From contig NC_068983.1 of NCBI RefSeq assembly GCF_001194135.2, forward strand, positions 69,375,636-69,408,440: 32,805 nucleotides of DNA. Reading direction: 5' to 3'. Both the position numbers and the translations under genes were made by a program. Shown piece by piece: positions 9,794-22,003 of this stretch; position 1 is the first letter of the stretch, and each line of letters begins with the position of its first letter. Source of the stretch: Octopus bimaculoides (lineage: Eukaryota). The notes beneath the pieces are model-generated. The model did not search any database. It worked only from the letters and a program-made list of their open reading frames with translations, and was not told the DNA's origin.

Positions 9794-10204
9794 GATCATG
9801 AGCAGAAGTAGTGGGGGAGCATCATAGCCATGTGTTGAGAGGATTTTCTTTGGGGTTTGAATAATTCACCTTTGGAAACATGGGTGTTTTGCTCAACATC
9901 CTTAAACAAACCTTATTGAGGGACCTTTTGAGCAGGATGGGCTACTCGACCTGAAGGAAATTCTAACTGGGCCCCACCTGCGAGGTCATGCGCTGTTTAT
10001 CTTGATGCGAGATCACCATGTCGCGCACATATGGTTGTGATGCATGTGCCTGGTGTACCCTTATCAGACGGGTAGTCATGATGGGTATAATGGGCCTCGT
10101 ATATTTTACCCCAGTGTCACTTTGATGGCATGTATTGCTCTCTCACTCAATAATAATAATAATAATCATAATCATAATGATGATGATGATGATAATGATA
10201 ATAA
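9794..10204 (+). mobile_element. 3' end of a non-LTR retrotransposon with (AAT)n tail, clade unassigned
   Basis: GC-richer block with no ORF, ending CCCCAGTGTCACTTTGATGGCATGTATTGCTCTCTCACTC + (AAT)n/(GAT)n. The left end is in a gap. Recognised as a common octopod repeat end from memory only. Confidence 0.45.
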
Positions 10205-11525
10205 TAAACACTTTATATTTCGGCACTGAGAAATGTTAGTTTTTATGAGGCAATCCCTATTAACCAAAAACCAATGTTCTGTTTGTGTATAGTTCATTGG
10301 AGCTTCTTAGTGGAGTGTCTATGTCTATGGCTTTATTCTTATACGTGTATGAATACGTATATGTATAATTTTAGCGTGTGTTAACTGGTGCGTGTGCAAT
10401 ATCAATAAGGCAGGACTGCCAGCTTATTTTAGCAGGAAATTGAACAATGTGTGCAATAACGATTCCATTACAACGTATTTTATCAAGACAAGCTGAAAAG
10501 CTAGAAATATTCTGTTCTCAGGGTAATAATATGCGTTGAAGAGAAGCATTCGTTACATTTTGCAACGATTATATTCTTTTATTTTCGTAGTAGAGTATCT
10601 AGGAAGGTCTATTCTGTTGGAGACAGAATATTTAGAAAGAATACTGTTGTTTCTATGTATGTAAAAAATGGCTATCATGTTGATATATATATAACATACT
10701 AATCGTTGATTGGTTGATGGAAATTAGTTCAATTTATTCACTCGTCAATTAAAGCTGTGAATGATATCGATTGGGCTGCTGATACGTCACAAAATAAAGT
10801 TCACTCCTTTCCAGGAGAAATTCACCACATTATTTTAATACAAAAGAATATCATATATATAATATAGAGAGATAAAAGACTTCAATAAACTAGTATTATC
10901 CAAGAAATTAGTAGATATTAACATCCTCCTTCAGTGTTTAAAATTTCAAGCAAGACATATAACCCTTACATTATCTGTTGATCGAAAGTTTTAGTGTGAA
11001 CCAGCAAATTTCAATTTTTCTCCATCCACGGCACACTGAGTAAGGAGCAGAAAGAGTTAAAACAAAGAATAAATTTCTTAAAAGTCGTGTGTTTGTGCGT
11101 GTGCGTATGCGTATACGTAAAAGTGTGGGTGTGCTGTGTGTGTGTGTGTGTGTTTGTGTGTGAATGTAGCAATTACATCAGGAAAAATGCATTTAACACA
11201 CAAACCTGTTACATTCACTAAACTTTTATATGCTTATGATATCTCATAATGTAGTCATCGGTTATGGCCGGTCAGAAAGTTACCATTGCTTTCACGTCTA
11301 TTATTGCACTTAGCAATATTGGTGACTCAACAGATCTGAACGGAGACACATAACCTCTGTAGTAATGGAGGTAAAAATGCAGTCTTCGTTAGCTTAATGT
11401 TGAAAAACAACACTGAAAGAAAATTTTTCCGAAGCGGAACTCCTTCTAGGAGAGACGCAGTTGTTTCTTTTTGAAAAGTTTGAGCTGTGTCCGAAAAGGG
11501 GCAGTTTATGTCTGTTTTCTGTTCA

Positions 11526-11700
11526 CTAGCTAGCAAGTGGAGAAGCCCAGTTTTCCAACACGATTTTTCTATCAAGCATGTACCGACCGAAAATTTCACT
11601 TTTTGAATTTAAGAAGGCACTCGTATCAAGAGAATCTTTTAGGATTCTTGCCCTTTCAGTCAAGCAAAGTTTGCATCGAGATGAAGAGATGATCACAGGA
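11526..11700 (-). pseudogene. Penelope-like element ORF C-terminus (after the GIY-YIG domain)
   Basis: SSRCKLCLTERARIL-x8-LNSKSEIFGRYM-x3-K fits the PLE C-terminal pattern RCxLCLxEK..I...LNxRxE....CRH..K. Confidence 0.6.
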
Positions 11701-11769
11701 AATAAATTTTTCAGTAAATGAATACACATGAACCAAGGAACAGCCTATTGAAAAATCCTGCCATTTTCC

Positions 11770-11850
11770 AACTCACCTCGAAGCCTGCGGCACACCCGTG
11801 AACCATACGAAACATAAAATGTGCTGCGGCACATTGGCTGAAATCACCTG
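11770..11850 (-). mobile_element. hAT-type MITE terminal fragment
   Basis: The minus strand begins CAGGTGATTTCAGCCAATGTGCCGCAGCACA with a second GTGTGCCGC. This resembles CAGTG..TTTCAACC..TGTGCCGCGGCACA ends of hAT non-autonomous elements. Confidence 0.4.
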
Positions 11851-11929
11851 ATATACACAATGCAATATGGAAAGAAGCAGGTCTTTAAACCAACTGGTTA
11901 AATCAATGGACAATTAATATAGATTTGTT

Positions 11930-12290
11930 ACTTGGCATAAGGCCAGCATAACTGCCTGTAAATTGTGCTTTCGGTAGCATCATCAAATCAATGTTTCTCC
12001 ATGAGTAGTAGCACAGTATATTGATGAAAGGCAAACTCAACCCTGGTGGTATTTGAGTCCAGAGTGTAAGAAAGCGTGTCTAAATCCACAATTTTTTTCT
12101 CGGTTCTAACTTTTACTGATCTATGTTAAATTTATTATTGTTCTCTAAGATAGGCGCAAGATTAGACATTTTGGGAGAGAGAACAGTCGATAAAATCGAT
12201 TTTAGTATTTGTTTGATACTTATTTTATCGACTCTGAAAGAATGAAATCCGAACATTAAGACACGCATCTAAACACTGCAATGTATTTTT
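11930..12290 (-). mobile_element. Degenerate fragments of SINE family B
   Basis: GAAAGGCAAACTCAACCCTGGTGGTATTTGA and ACTTATTTTATCGACTCTGAAAGAATGAAA align with the better copies at 13166-13383 and 18717-19126. Confidence 0.45.
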
Positions 12291-13165
12291 TACCCGACGT
12301 TTTTTACTAATCCTAACAATCAACTGCCATTATACTAATTGATGTTACAATAAAGTTATTAATGAAAGTAAAGCATTCTCAGATGTTATGTATTACTTCT
12401 CTACTGGGTTTGCTTTCTTTGGCATTAAAGAAGTAACCTCTGTCTGGTTCATCGACTTGCTAGTAATGAACTCCCTCTTCAATCAGACTCTACCGTTATA
12501 TAGAAGTTGTTCAATGGTCTGAGATATGAAGTGAGCGAAGATTTGCAAAACAGATATAGAAGATGTAGAAAATTATTACCTCAAGAAAAGAAATGGTGAG
12601 CTATTGTGTAGTGTGCTCAGTACTTCAATCATGACTACATCTGTCAAATATACACTATTATATATCCAGTATTATTTATATACTACATCTGACTCGGTGC
12701 TTCTTTTGTAATTAGGTATGTAATGTATTCATTACTTCCGTTTTAGGTTGTAAATTGGCAATCATTAGACAGGTGCAAAATTTGTTCTAGGTCTTTTCCC
12801 TCGGAGTTCAAATTCCGTTAATGTCAGCTTTGCTGTTTTTTCTTTCGTTAGTCAATAAAATAATTTATACAGGGCAGTGGATTGCTAGAACTGTTAGCAC
12901 GTCAGATGAAATGCCTTGTGCTACTTGTTCTGTCTTCTGAGCTTTTAGATGATAAATTTAATCTGTCACCCAGTTTAACACTTCTGCCTGCTCTTTGGGT
13001 GCCTTTATTGGAGTTCCCTTTGTTGCATTTCTCATTTGTCCTAAAATCTTTGAAAAAAATATAACGTGTCATACGTGCTGCATTTCCTTCTCTCATGAAA
13101 TGGTAAGAAAAAATAAACAAACTACGTGCATGACATATTCAGTTCTTCACTTTGTAAATTATATG

Positions 13166-13383
13166 TATGTCTTTATTGCCCACAGGGGGCTAAACAAAGA
13201 CAGACAAAGGGATTAAGTCGATTACGTCGACCCAAATGCGTAACTGGTACTTATTTAATCGACCCCGAAAGGATGAAAGGCAAAGTCAACCTCGGCGTAA
13301 TTTGAACTCAGAACGTAACGACAGACGAAATACCGCTAAGTATTTCGCTCAGTGCTAACGATTCTGCCAGCCCGCCGCTATAT
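13166..13383 (-). mobile_element. Full-length tRNA-derived SINE (family B, Tx1-type tail) with 16-bp TSD
   Basis: Head GCGGCGGGCTGGCAGAATCGTTAGC (A box), GAGTTCAAATTAC (B box), tail GCCCCCTGTGGGCAATAAAGA. TSD CTTTGTAAATTATATG at 13150-13165 and 13384-13399. Confidence 0.85.
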
Positions 13384-15198
13384 CTTTGTAAATTATATGC
13401 GACCTCTTTGTAGAGTTACATCCTTGTGATTATACGTGTTGCATACAAATTATTTCTATTTAGACTAAATGTGTAATGTTTTCCATAATTTAAGTGTTGT
13501 TGCTCAGGTGTTATCTGAGTAAATCGATGCAACACACTCATTCCACATGGACTAACTTACTTATTCATTTCATTTCGTTCCGAACTAATGAGAGAGAACC
13601 TGCACGTGATCGCACGATCGGTTAAAATATATTGACAAAACACCCCCGAAATAACACCTGTAGCATTATTATAAAAACAAAAACCACACCCAATAAAGTA
13701 ATACAGACAGAATGGCCATGTTTAGAATGTCTTTGATTATTGTAAAATAATATTATCTATTTGAGATGTAACTATTACAGTTAATCACTTGTGGTATTCA
13801 AAGATATATAGAATACATATGAAGGATATGCATACTGCATATCTTTGAACGTCCTTTAAAAGCCATAAAAATATTGAACACCCAACATCTCCTGCGCTTG
13901 CTTGTCAGTCACTAATGTGCTCTTGAAGAATTTATTTTATTCAAACCTGTGTATTCTATGTACATAACATTTAGGTCATTGTAGGTCATTAGTTCTTTAT
14001 GACTTAGTTCTTAAAAACAAGAGTTTTCAATGTGTCTCTTTTAGCCAGTCTGCAATATTAAACTGACTAATATAATTCAGTATCATTTGATGGTGCTTGT
14101 CTCTTCTGCGGTTTTACTGGCGAGCTTATAAAAAGATAACTCTGTTGAAAATATAAAGTCATAGCTTAAATTCTTTGACTGAAAAAGCCAGGCCATTTTG
14201 GAAATCTGCATTGATGATGCTCAATTACATTGATATATAAAACCTTTCAAGTTTATACGGGTGGCGGTGGTGGGATGTCTCCATAGAGGATATGATCATT
14301 AGTTAATATTCTTAAAATTTTGTATGTTAACTGAGTTTTATTCTGTTTTATTATTTATAAATTTCCTTATTTTAGTTTCTGACAGAAACTATTAGTCTTT
14401 TCTCGAACCATTGCTAGATGACATCTACCATTGATTTTGGATAATGTACCTTTAAGTCGCAGTTAAAGATTGATGAATTAAATATTCACCTAATAGTAGC
14501 ACCACAATATTCGATACTTACATATCTGTATCTCCAAGATAAGTTATAACTAAAATAGTATGCATTGATCTGAGAATACAGCAATGAAAGCACAATACTA
14601 ATAGAAAGACGGCAGATGAAATTAACAGTCAAATCAATGTCTGCTTGCAATGTTCCATGTTTTCCTATAGTCTGTTGAATTGGTTGTGAAGAAGAAGAAT
14701 TAGTTTCGTTGGTGCGATCTGCTTTTCCCGATCAATCTTGTTCGCTAGCTATAACTAGAGAAAAGAAGTGAAGCCCAATACAACATGACATTCGCGCTTA
14801 AAATTAGGAACTTCTGTTTGAGGTATATGATTGTAAACTTTATGATCGATGGCTGATAACCTCAAACAGATGAATTTTTCTGTCAATACTTGTAATCAAG
14901 AAGTAGGTTCTCAAAGAGTGTATGGAGATGTATTGATATCTATATGTTTGTTTCGATGATATATGTGCATTAAAAGGGGGGAGAGAGAAAGAGTGAGACA
15001 GACAGAGATGTATATATGTATAAATACATGTGTACATGTGCACACATATGCGTGTGTGTGTGTGAGTGTCTGTGTATAAATCTATATAAAGATACACAGA
15101 TACATATCTACTTATATATACATACGTATATACATGTCTCTCCTTCACCTATATATACGCCATATATACACATATATATATATATATACATATATATG

Positions 15199-15243
<45 letters not shown>

Positions 15244-18139
15244 AAAATGCTATTTCCTTCAAGCATGTATTGAAAATACGTCTGCGTTCCAGTTTTATCA
15301 TTTTTACCAAGGAATGATCTGGAATTATTTTTAGGTTGAACTGATCTTGACCTGTATAACTACCTGTTTATTGGTATACGGGCCAATGTGTTTGGTGTGT
15401 AGTATAACTTTCGATCATTAGTTTTATACGACATCGGTGTTTATGTTTGTTTGGAACAACTAGACTTTGTCTGTGACTTTATTTTATGTTTGTGCTGTAC
15501 AATGAGTAAAGTTTTCATCATTTATTGTCTACTTTTGTTGGAAATTCTGGAGAGTATATATTTTTGAATCTAGTTTGGATTAGTGATATACAGAGTAAAC
15601 CTTTAAAGGAAAGCTCAAATAAGTTACTAATGACCAATTTAATCTATAAATACCATTGCAAACTTGATGTAAACTTCACGACTCTAACTGTTGTAATGGT
15701 CTTATAAATGTTACACGTTCTGCGGTAATTTCAATACACTAGACCACATAAAACAAAACAAATGAGATACAAAAACATAGATGAAAGATTTGAGAACCTC
15801 ACTGTGGCAAACAAACTACAAAATACGACAAACTTCATAATGATAAAACTAGACATAGTCTATTTTCAGTACATACATATGTACATTCACACACACACAC
15901 ACATACACACACACACACACACTTGAACACATACACGCGTACATTCATGCGTAAAAACACACTTGTATAACATACTTGTTCGAGTATGAGTAGAATCACA
16001 CACATGCATGCTAAGAAAAATACATAGGTAGATATATACAAATATGTACAGACAAACTGTTAAGCAGGCAGTCAGTCAGACATAGATATATTAGTAACTA
16101 TGACGCCATCAGAAACATGCTATTTTCGTAGATGAATTCAGTATATAATTTATTAAAATCGAATGTAATAAATTGTCAGTTAAAGGTTTCCACCACACTG
16201 CTTTCTTATCAATATTAACTTTAAAGATAACATCTGATTCTGCATCATTTAAAAGCAAGATTTGCCAGACGAGAGTAAGAAAGAAAATTGATGGATGGAA
16301 AAATAATAATTTTGAATGACTGCTATTGATAACATGCAGTTCTCTATGTAAGCAGCTAAGCATGATTTTATGCATCCCTAGAAAAGTATGTAATCCAAAG
16401 ATGCATATATACACGCGCACATACACATATATATGTACACACGCATATCCAAAGGGTTATGTCTATTTGTATATATATGTGTATATATATCTAATTTAGC
16501 TATAAGTATGTGTGTCTATGTAAATGACATGTATTTTTGTATGTATGTAGGTGTGCATATAAGTGTGCATGTGCAAATGTGCATATATGTGTATGTATAT
16601 GTGCATATGCATGTGTACGTACATAAATGTGTACATATGAATGTATGCATATATATATATATANNNNNNNNNNNNNNNNNNNNNNNNNNNNNNNNNNNNN
16701 NNNNNNNNNNNNNNNNNNNNNNNNNNNNNNNNNNNNNNNNNNNNNNNNNNNNNNNNNNNNNNNNNNNNNNNNNNNNNNNNNNNNNNNNNNNNNNNNNNNN
16801 NNNNNNNNNNNNNNNNNNNNNNNNNNNNNNNNNNNNNNNNNNNNNNNNNNNNNNNNNNNNNNNNNNNNNNNNNNNNNNNNNNNNNNNNNNNNNNNNNATA
16901 TATATATATATATACTTCCACTAGCGAGCCAATCTTGACGAAACTTTGCATTCATGTTAAACTAACATCCAGTTCAATTATAGGTTAATTGGATTTCAAT
17001 AAAAATCTATAATGAATCCCATAGGGAGTTGGGTCATTATTTGATAAAATGAGAAGGGTGCAAAGAGTGTTAATGTGAGGAAAATGTGGTGACATAGTGA
17101 GTGTGGCTGATATCAGGGAAAATGCGAACAGCGTTGTACAAGCGACAAATATAGAGTGGCAGTGGGGTTATAACATTAATACAGCTGTCACTCATGGATA
17201 TACACGCGAAGCTGCATATATACTTTCGTAAATACATAGATACCTGCATACATACACACACACACACCACACACATACGCACACACGCACATACTACACA
17301 CACACACACTTGCACATACACATAAATAACTTTTAAAACACCGAGGAAGGGAAAAAGTGGGCGTGAGGAATACCTAGCTTTAAGGAGGCTTTTCTGCTGT
17401 CCATCACAAAGAAACATTCACACACACACATATATATATACATACATATATACGTACATACATACACATGTCTACTATACCCCATTTTAAACTCGTGGTT
17501 ACTTGTACGTTTGTAAATGTGTGTTTGTGTGTGCGTGTGTGTGTTTGTGTATGTGTGTGTGACGGCATATAACTATCTGTCTCTCTACCTTTGTCGGGCC
17601 TTCCTTGTTGCTGTCATATATTGTGAAATTTTAAAATTACGTCAACATTTTCAAATTTGATATATTAGAATAATTTTCCACGTTAAATGCGATTTTGTTA
17701 TTTACTCGTTCCAGAAAAATTTCAGAAACATGTTACTGAGGTTTAAAGTTTAATCAATTTTACCTAATCAGAAAACAGGATTTGGAAGTTCGCATTTTAT
17801 GCATGATAGCTGTCTATCACAAAATGAAAGCAAAATCATTACGAGGAGGAATTTTTATTAAACATACGAAAGCAAAGCATTACGACGACCAAAGTTGTAA
17901 GAGCTTCTGAAATTTTAATAAATCTTAATGAATAAAGTCATTTGAAACGGTCGAACAGACATGTAAATAATTTAAAAAGGAAAAAAAAATCCTCAATGAA
18001 GTTCTATTGCGAAAAATTGCACAAATCTGTCCTGATCAAGGGGCCCATTTGTCAGGGAAGGCTTGGTCTGACATTGAATAAACAAAAATTTATACAAGAC
18101 ATTCTATTGTAAAAACTATCCGGCAACGACGGAATAGTA

Positions 18140-18526
18140 GCTGTAGTTGGCACTCCGTCGCTTACGACGTTGAGGGTTCCAGTTGATCCGATCAACGGAA
18201 CAGCCTACTCGTGAAATTAACGTGCAAGTGGCTGATCACTCCACAGACACGTGTACCCTTAACGTAGTTCTCGGGGATATTCAGCGTGACACAGTGTGAC
18301 AAGGCTGGCTCTTTGAAATACAGGTACAACAGAAACAGGAAGAAATAGTGAGAGAAAGTTGTGGTGAAAGAGTACAGCAGGGTTCCCCACCATCCCCTGC
18401 CGGGGCCTCGTGGAGCTTTTGGTGTTTTCGCTCAATAAACACTCACAACGCCCGATCTGGGAATCGAAACCGTGATCCTATGACCACGAGTCCGCTGCCC
18501 TAACCACTGGGCCATTGCGCCTCCAC
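18140..18526 (-). mobile_element. Full-length tRNA-derived SINE (family C)
   Basis: Head GTGGAGGCGCAATGGCCCAGTGGTTAGGG...GGTTTCGATTCCC (A and B boxes). Tail ...CGTCGTAAGCGACGGAGTGCCAACTAC, shared with 28701-29020. Possible TSD TAGTA (18135-18139 / 18527-18531). Confidence 0.8.
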
Positions 18527-18716
18527 TAGTACAGAATAAATAGTATCATAAATGTTCCAGTTTTCTGTTTTAATATGAAATTTTTCTACAAGTAACCTTT
18601 TCAAGCATTTAACAATATTCTCCAGTTATCTCCATATAAATCATAACATCTACAAATGCACTTTGGAGAACTGGAATTTGCAGATGTGCTTCTCGAAGTC
18701 ACAGCTCGCCGCCTTT

Positions 18717-18912
18717 AATATTAATTTCAATTTTTGTCACAAGGCCAGCAATTTTGGGTAAGGGGATAAGTTGATTACATCAACCTCAGTATTCCAGCTT
18801 GTACTTATTTTATCGGCCCCGAAAGAATGAAAGGCAAAGTCGACCCCGGTGGCATTTGAACTTAGTGCTTAAAGTAGGAAGAAATTCCGCTAAACATTTT
18901 CCCCACTGCTTT
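18717..18912 (-). mobile_element. SINE family B, alternative-tail copy (head truncated)
   Basis: Body matches 13166-13383; the tail is instead AAAATTGCTGGCCTTGTGACAAAAATTGAAATTAATATT. Confidence 0.75.
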
Positions 18913-19126
18913 TTAATATTGGTTTCAAGTTTTGGCTTAAGGTCAGGAATTTTGGGGGAGGGTGCTAGTCGATTACATCGACCCCAGTGTTCAACTGGTA
19001 CTTAATTTATCGATCTCCGAAAGGATGAAAAGCAAAGTTGATCTCGGCGGAATTTGAATCCAGAACGTGCAGACAGATGAAAACGCTAAGCATTTTCCCC
19101 AGCGTGCTAACGGTTCTACCAGCTCC
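18913..19126 (-). mobile_element. SINE family B, alternative-tail copy, head-to-tail with the previous copy
   Basis: Head GGAGCTGGTAGAACCGTTAGCACG, same body, tail CCCCCAAAATTCCTGACCTTAAGCCAAAACTTGAAACCAATATT. TTAATATTG occurs at both 18913-18921 and 19127-19135. Confidence 0.75.
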
Positions 19127-19365
19127 TTAATATTGACACAACGTAACACCAGTCAATGTATAACCAAGTTACTGTGTAATGGAGCTACAGTGTAACCGCG
19201 CAAACATTTAACCAAAACGACTGTATAAAACGGAAAGATGTAAATAAGTAACTGTATAACCAGTCTGTTATATACCCAAGCGACCATGTAATTAACCAAG
19301 CAAATATCTGACCTGGACATTTTATTTGGAGATCCTGATCTAACAAGGCAATCAAATAACTAAAC

Positions 19366-20020
19366 GGATCTATTTCAAAACGGGGGCACCAGTATTTTCT
19401 TAACGAAACACTAACGAAACACTTTGAAACTTGGGACACTGGTAGAATGTGTCATATAAAACATCTTTTACTCTTAGTCTTCTTAACAAAAAAACGTACA
19501 TCGCAAGTTATTCCATGTTAAAGTTGTCGTATTTCTGTAATTTCAACCAATCACTGACGTCTATTCAGCTGAATAGAGTTACTCCTGGGCGGTCATAAAA
19601 ATGTTATTCCCTGTGACATATTTCATCCGGTTTAATCGTAATTTATACGCATATATTGTTTATATAATAAATTACGCTGTGCGTATCTATGTGTGTAATA
19701 ATTTTAGAGTTCGGATTCTAGAGTTAGGGTTAGTTTTAGGGTTAGGGTTAGGGTTAACAGTCTGGTTAGGGTTAGGGTTAGGGGATTAATACGATATACA
19801 CCGTTACAGCACTAACTGTTTTCAACTGAATAGACGTCAGTGATTAGTAGAAATTATCGAAATAAGACAATTTTTTACATGAAATAAATTCGAATACAAA
19901 AATTTTTTTCTGTTCTATAACACAAAATAGATAAGTATACGAAGTTTGAAAGTCTTTCCGTACCAAAAACACTACATAAAACATAAATGAAAACTGGCGC
20001 CCCCGTTTTGAAATAGATCC
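19366..20020. mobile_element. 655-bp foldback MITE with 28-bp TIR, 8-bp TSD and internal TTAGGG tract
   Basis: TIR GGATCTATTTCAAAACGGGGGC[A/G]CCAGT (27/28) at 19366-19393 and 19993-20020. TSD AACTAAAC at 19358-19365 and 20021-20028. Second inverted pair (24/25) at 19549-19573 and 19821-19845. Confidence 0.9.
19724..19783 (+). repeat. Interstitial telomere-type (TTAGGG)n tract
   Basis: Ten 6-nt units in register, seven of them perfect TTAGGG. Confidence 0.9.
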
Positions 20021-20565
20021 AACTAAACTGTTATGCAATCAAGCAACACTATAATACGATAGCGTTTGATTTAAGGAAGACTTCGGCTATAATTTTAGCA
20101 GATCCAGCCACTATTTAGAGGTTCTCTCATTTGCTTGCCAACATAGCTGCTACTGTTGTTGTCGGTACTGTTATTGTTTTTCTTTCTTTTATCGTTATTA
20201 ATGGCGCTGTTACTTGTGTTTTTATTATTATTATTATTATTGATGATTTTCCTAGTTGTTTAAATTCTATGCTCTCTCATTGTGTGTAAGGAGGTAGAAG
20301 AGTGTGTATACAGGCATATTATATCATTAGCAATTAGTGTTTCTAATTGAAGACGTATTTTATTCTGTTTTTGATGTGTTGCATTTTACAGACACTCCTG
20401 AATACACATTTATTAAACACACTCTCTTAAGTATACAATCCTTTATGCACAGTAATCACAAATATCATCATAAATCCTGATTCTCAAATTTTTTTTGATG
20501 TTCTCTCATGATAAAATGTATGTGTGTATGTATGCATGCATGCATGCATGTATGTATGTTTGTAT

Positions 20566-20622
<57 letters not shown>

Positions 20623-21029
20623 NNNNNNNNNNNNNNNNNNNNNNNNNNNNNNNNNNNNNNNNNNNNNNNNNNNNNNNNNNNNNNNNNNNNNNNNNNNNNN
20701 NNNNNNNNNNNNNNNNNNNNNNNNNNNNNNNNNNNNNNNNNNNNNNNNNNNNNNNNNNNNNNNNNNNNNNNNNNNNNNNNNNNNNNNNNNNNNNNNNNNN
20801 NNNNNNNNNNNNNNNNNNNNNNNNNNNNNNNNNNNNNNNNNNNNNNNNNNNNNNNNNNNNNNNNNNNNNNNNNNNNNNNNNNNNNNNNNNNNNNNNNNNN
20901 NNNNNNNNNNNNNNNNNNNNNNNNNNNNNNNNNNNNNNNNNNNNNNNNNNNNNNNNNNNNNNNNNNNNNNNNNNNNNNNNNNNNNNNNNNNNNNNNNNNN
21001 NNNNNNNNNNNNTATATATATATATATCT

Positions 21030-21215
21030 GTAAAAATATGTCACACTTATTCGGTAGCCATGATAAAACTTCGAGTTTCGGATGCCGGGGTGGGAACCCA
21101 CGCCAACATCTCTTCAGTTATCCGGCCATTGAAAACTCCTGTGAAAAATGACCGTTAAACAAAGGGAAATTACTGTGTGGTTGACCGTTATTAAGACAAA
21201 AGAGCTATAGACCGC
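21030..21215 (-). mobile_element. Penelope-like pseudo-LTR relic carrying a hammerhead ribozyme
   Basis: A hammerhead followed by AATAAG and an AT-rich end; such hammerheads are the known hallmark of PLE terminal repeats. Boundaries approximate. Confidence 0.5.
21062..21122 (-). ncRNA. Type I hammerhead ribozyme (near-intact)
   Basis: GAUAA-CUGAAGA-GAUGUUGG-CGUGGGUUCCCACC-CCGGCAUCC-GAAAC-UCGAA-GUU-UUAUC. It has a 5-bp stem I, intact CUGANGA and GAAA cores, a long stem II (one bulged C), a short stem III and a GUU cleavage triplet. Confidence 0.75.
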
Positions 21216-21901
21216 TAAGTAAGGGGAGGGGGTAAAGGTAAGGCAGTAAAAAAGTCTATTGTGTTCGCGTAAGCGTACCAATTCGTATATGTATATACTA
21301 AACTACCCTCGCTTGAAACACACACATGCTCACCCATATACTCGCCAAAAACTATACATATATCTACATATACATACTCGCATATACACCTCTACACACA
21401 CGCACTCAACAACCTCGCACCCATACACACGCACGCAAAAAAACTATAGGGCTAAAGCAAAATACAGAAGAAAGTGTGAGAAAGCTATAAGGTTTTATAT
21501 ATATATATATAAATTAAAAGGGTGACTTATTAGCAATTAGAACCTACAGACAAAATTAATAGAGGTCATATCAGTCAGTGATCTGATAATCAGAAGCCAG
21601 TTATTAGTAACTTGTAAAGCAGAAAATCCTGCCTTCGGCAACTGACCCATCGTGATCCTTCTTACTTGATCGCTGAAAAAAGCCATCGACACCTTGGCCC
21701 ATAGAGATAGTACTTTCAATGGTGCCAGTTAAGGGTCAAATACCACAAAACGGTCTTGTGATTGAGACATAGAAGACTCGGAAGGAAACCGATCCCTTAT
21801 ACACCTGTCACACTGACCTGTCGATGTGTGGATATGCCCTGAAGTTACGTGAACCAGTTCTTTTGCTCGTGTACCTTTGAGAAAAACAAAGTGTATATAT
21901 G

Positions 21902-22001
21902 CTCTTAAGTTTTTCTAAGCGCTGTAAAAACTCGGAAGGTTGGACCTCCAACAAGGCCTTTCGGAATGCCCTTAAATCCAGGAACTTTTCAGTACCCCTC
22001 G
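21902..22001 (-). mobile_element. Truncated mariner MITE inserted at TA
   Basis: The minus strand reads TA-CGAGGGGTACTGAAAAGTTCCTGG (mariner TIR), then KALLEVQPSEFLQRLEKLK, resembling a mariner transposase C-terminus. It interrupts an RT relic. Confidence 0.6.
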
Positions 22002-22003
22002 TA

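Noticed and set aside
10425-10525. AG...GT exon candidates (also 14373-14420, 14670-14703, 16110-16260)
   Set aside because: Stops in the plausible frames or no recognisable peptide; no host gene can be supported.
15525-15707. ORF with TNLIYKYHC, faintly like the Penelope GIY-YIG lead-in
   Set aside because: The following YIG motif is absent; similarity too short to support.
16925-16960. GAGCCAATCTTGACGAAACTTTGC motif like Helentron/DINE-type cores
   Set aside because: Adjacent sequence is in a gap, and no subterminal inverted repeat or 3' hairpin is visible.
18440-18526. tRNA-like cloverleaf heads (also 8379-8430, 13290-13378, 31560-31629)
   Set aside because: They continue into SINE bodies and lack proper acceptor stems, so they are SINE heads, not tRNA genes.
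19145-19310. Loose TGTATAACCA-type periodicity (also ~30-bp repeats at 30620-30690 and a 14-bp repeat at about 25488/25510)
   Set aside because: Short, AT-rich, irregular slippage products with no further structure.
19724-19783. True telomere or chromosome-fusion site
   Set aside because: The tract is short, one orientation only, and enclosed by MITE TIRs and a TSD.
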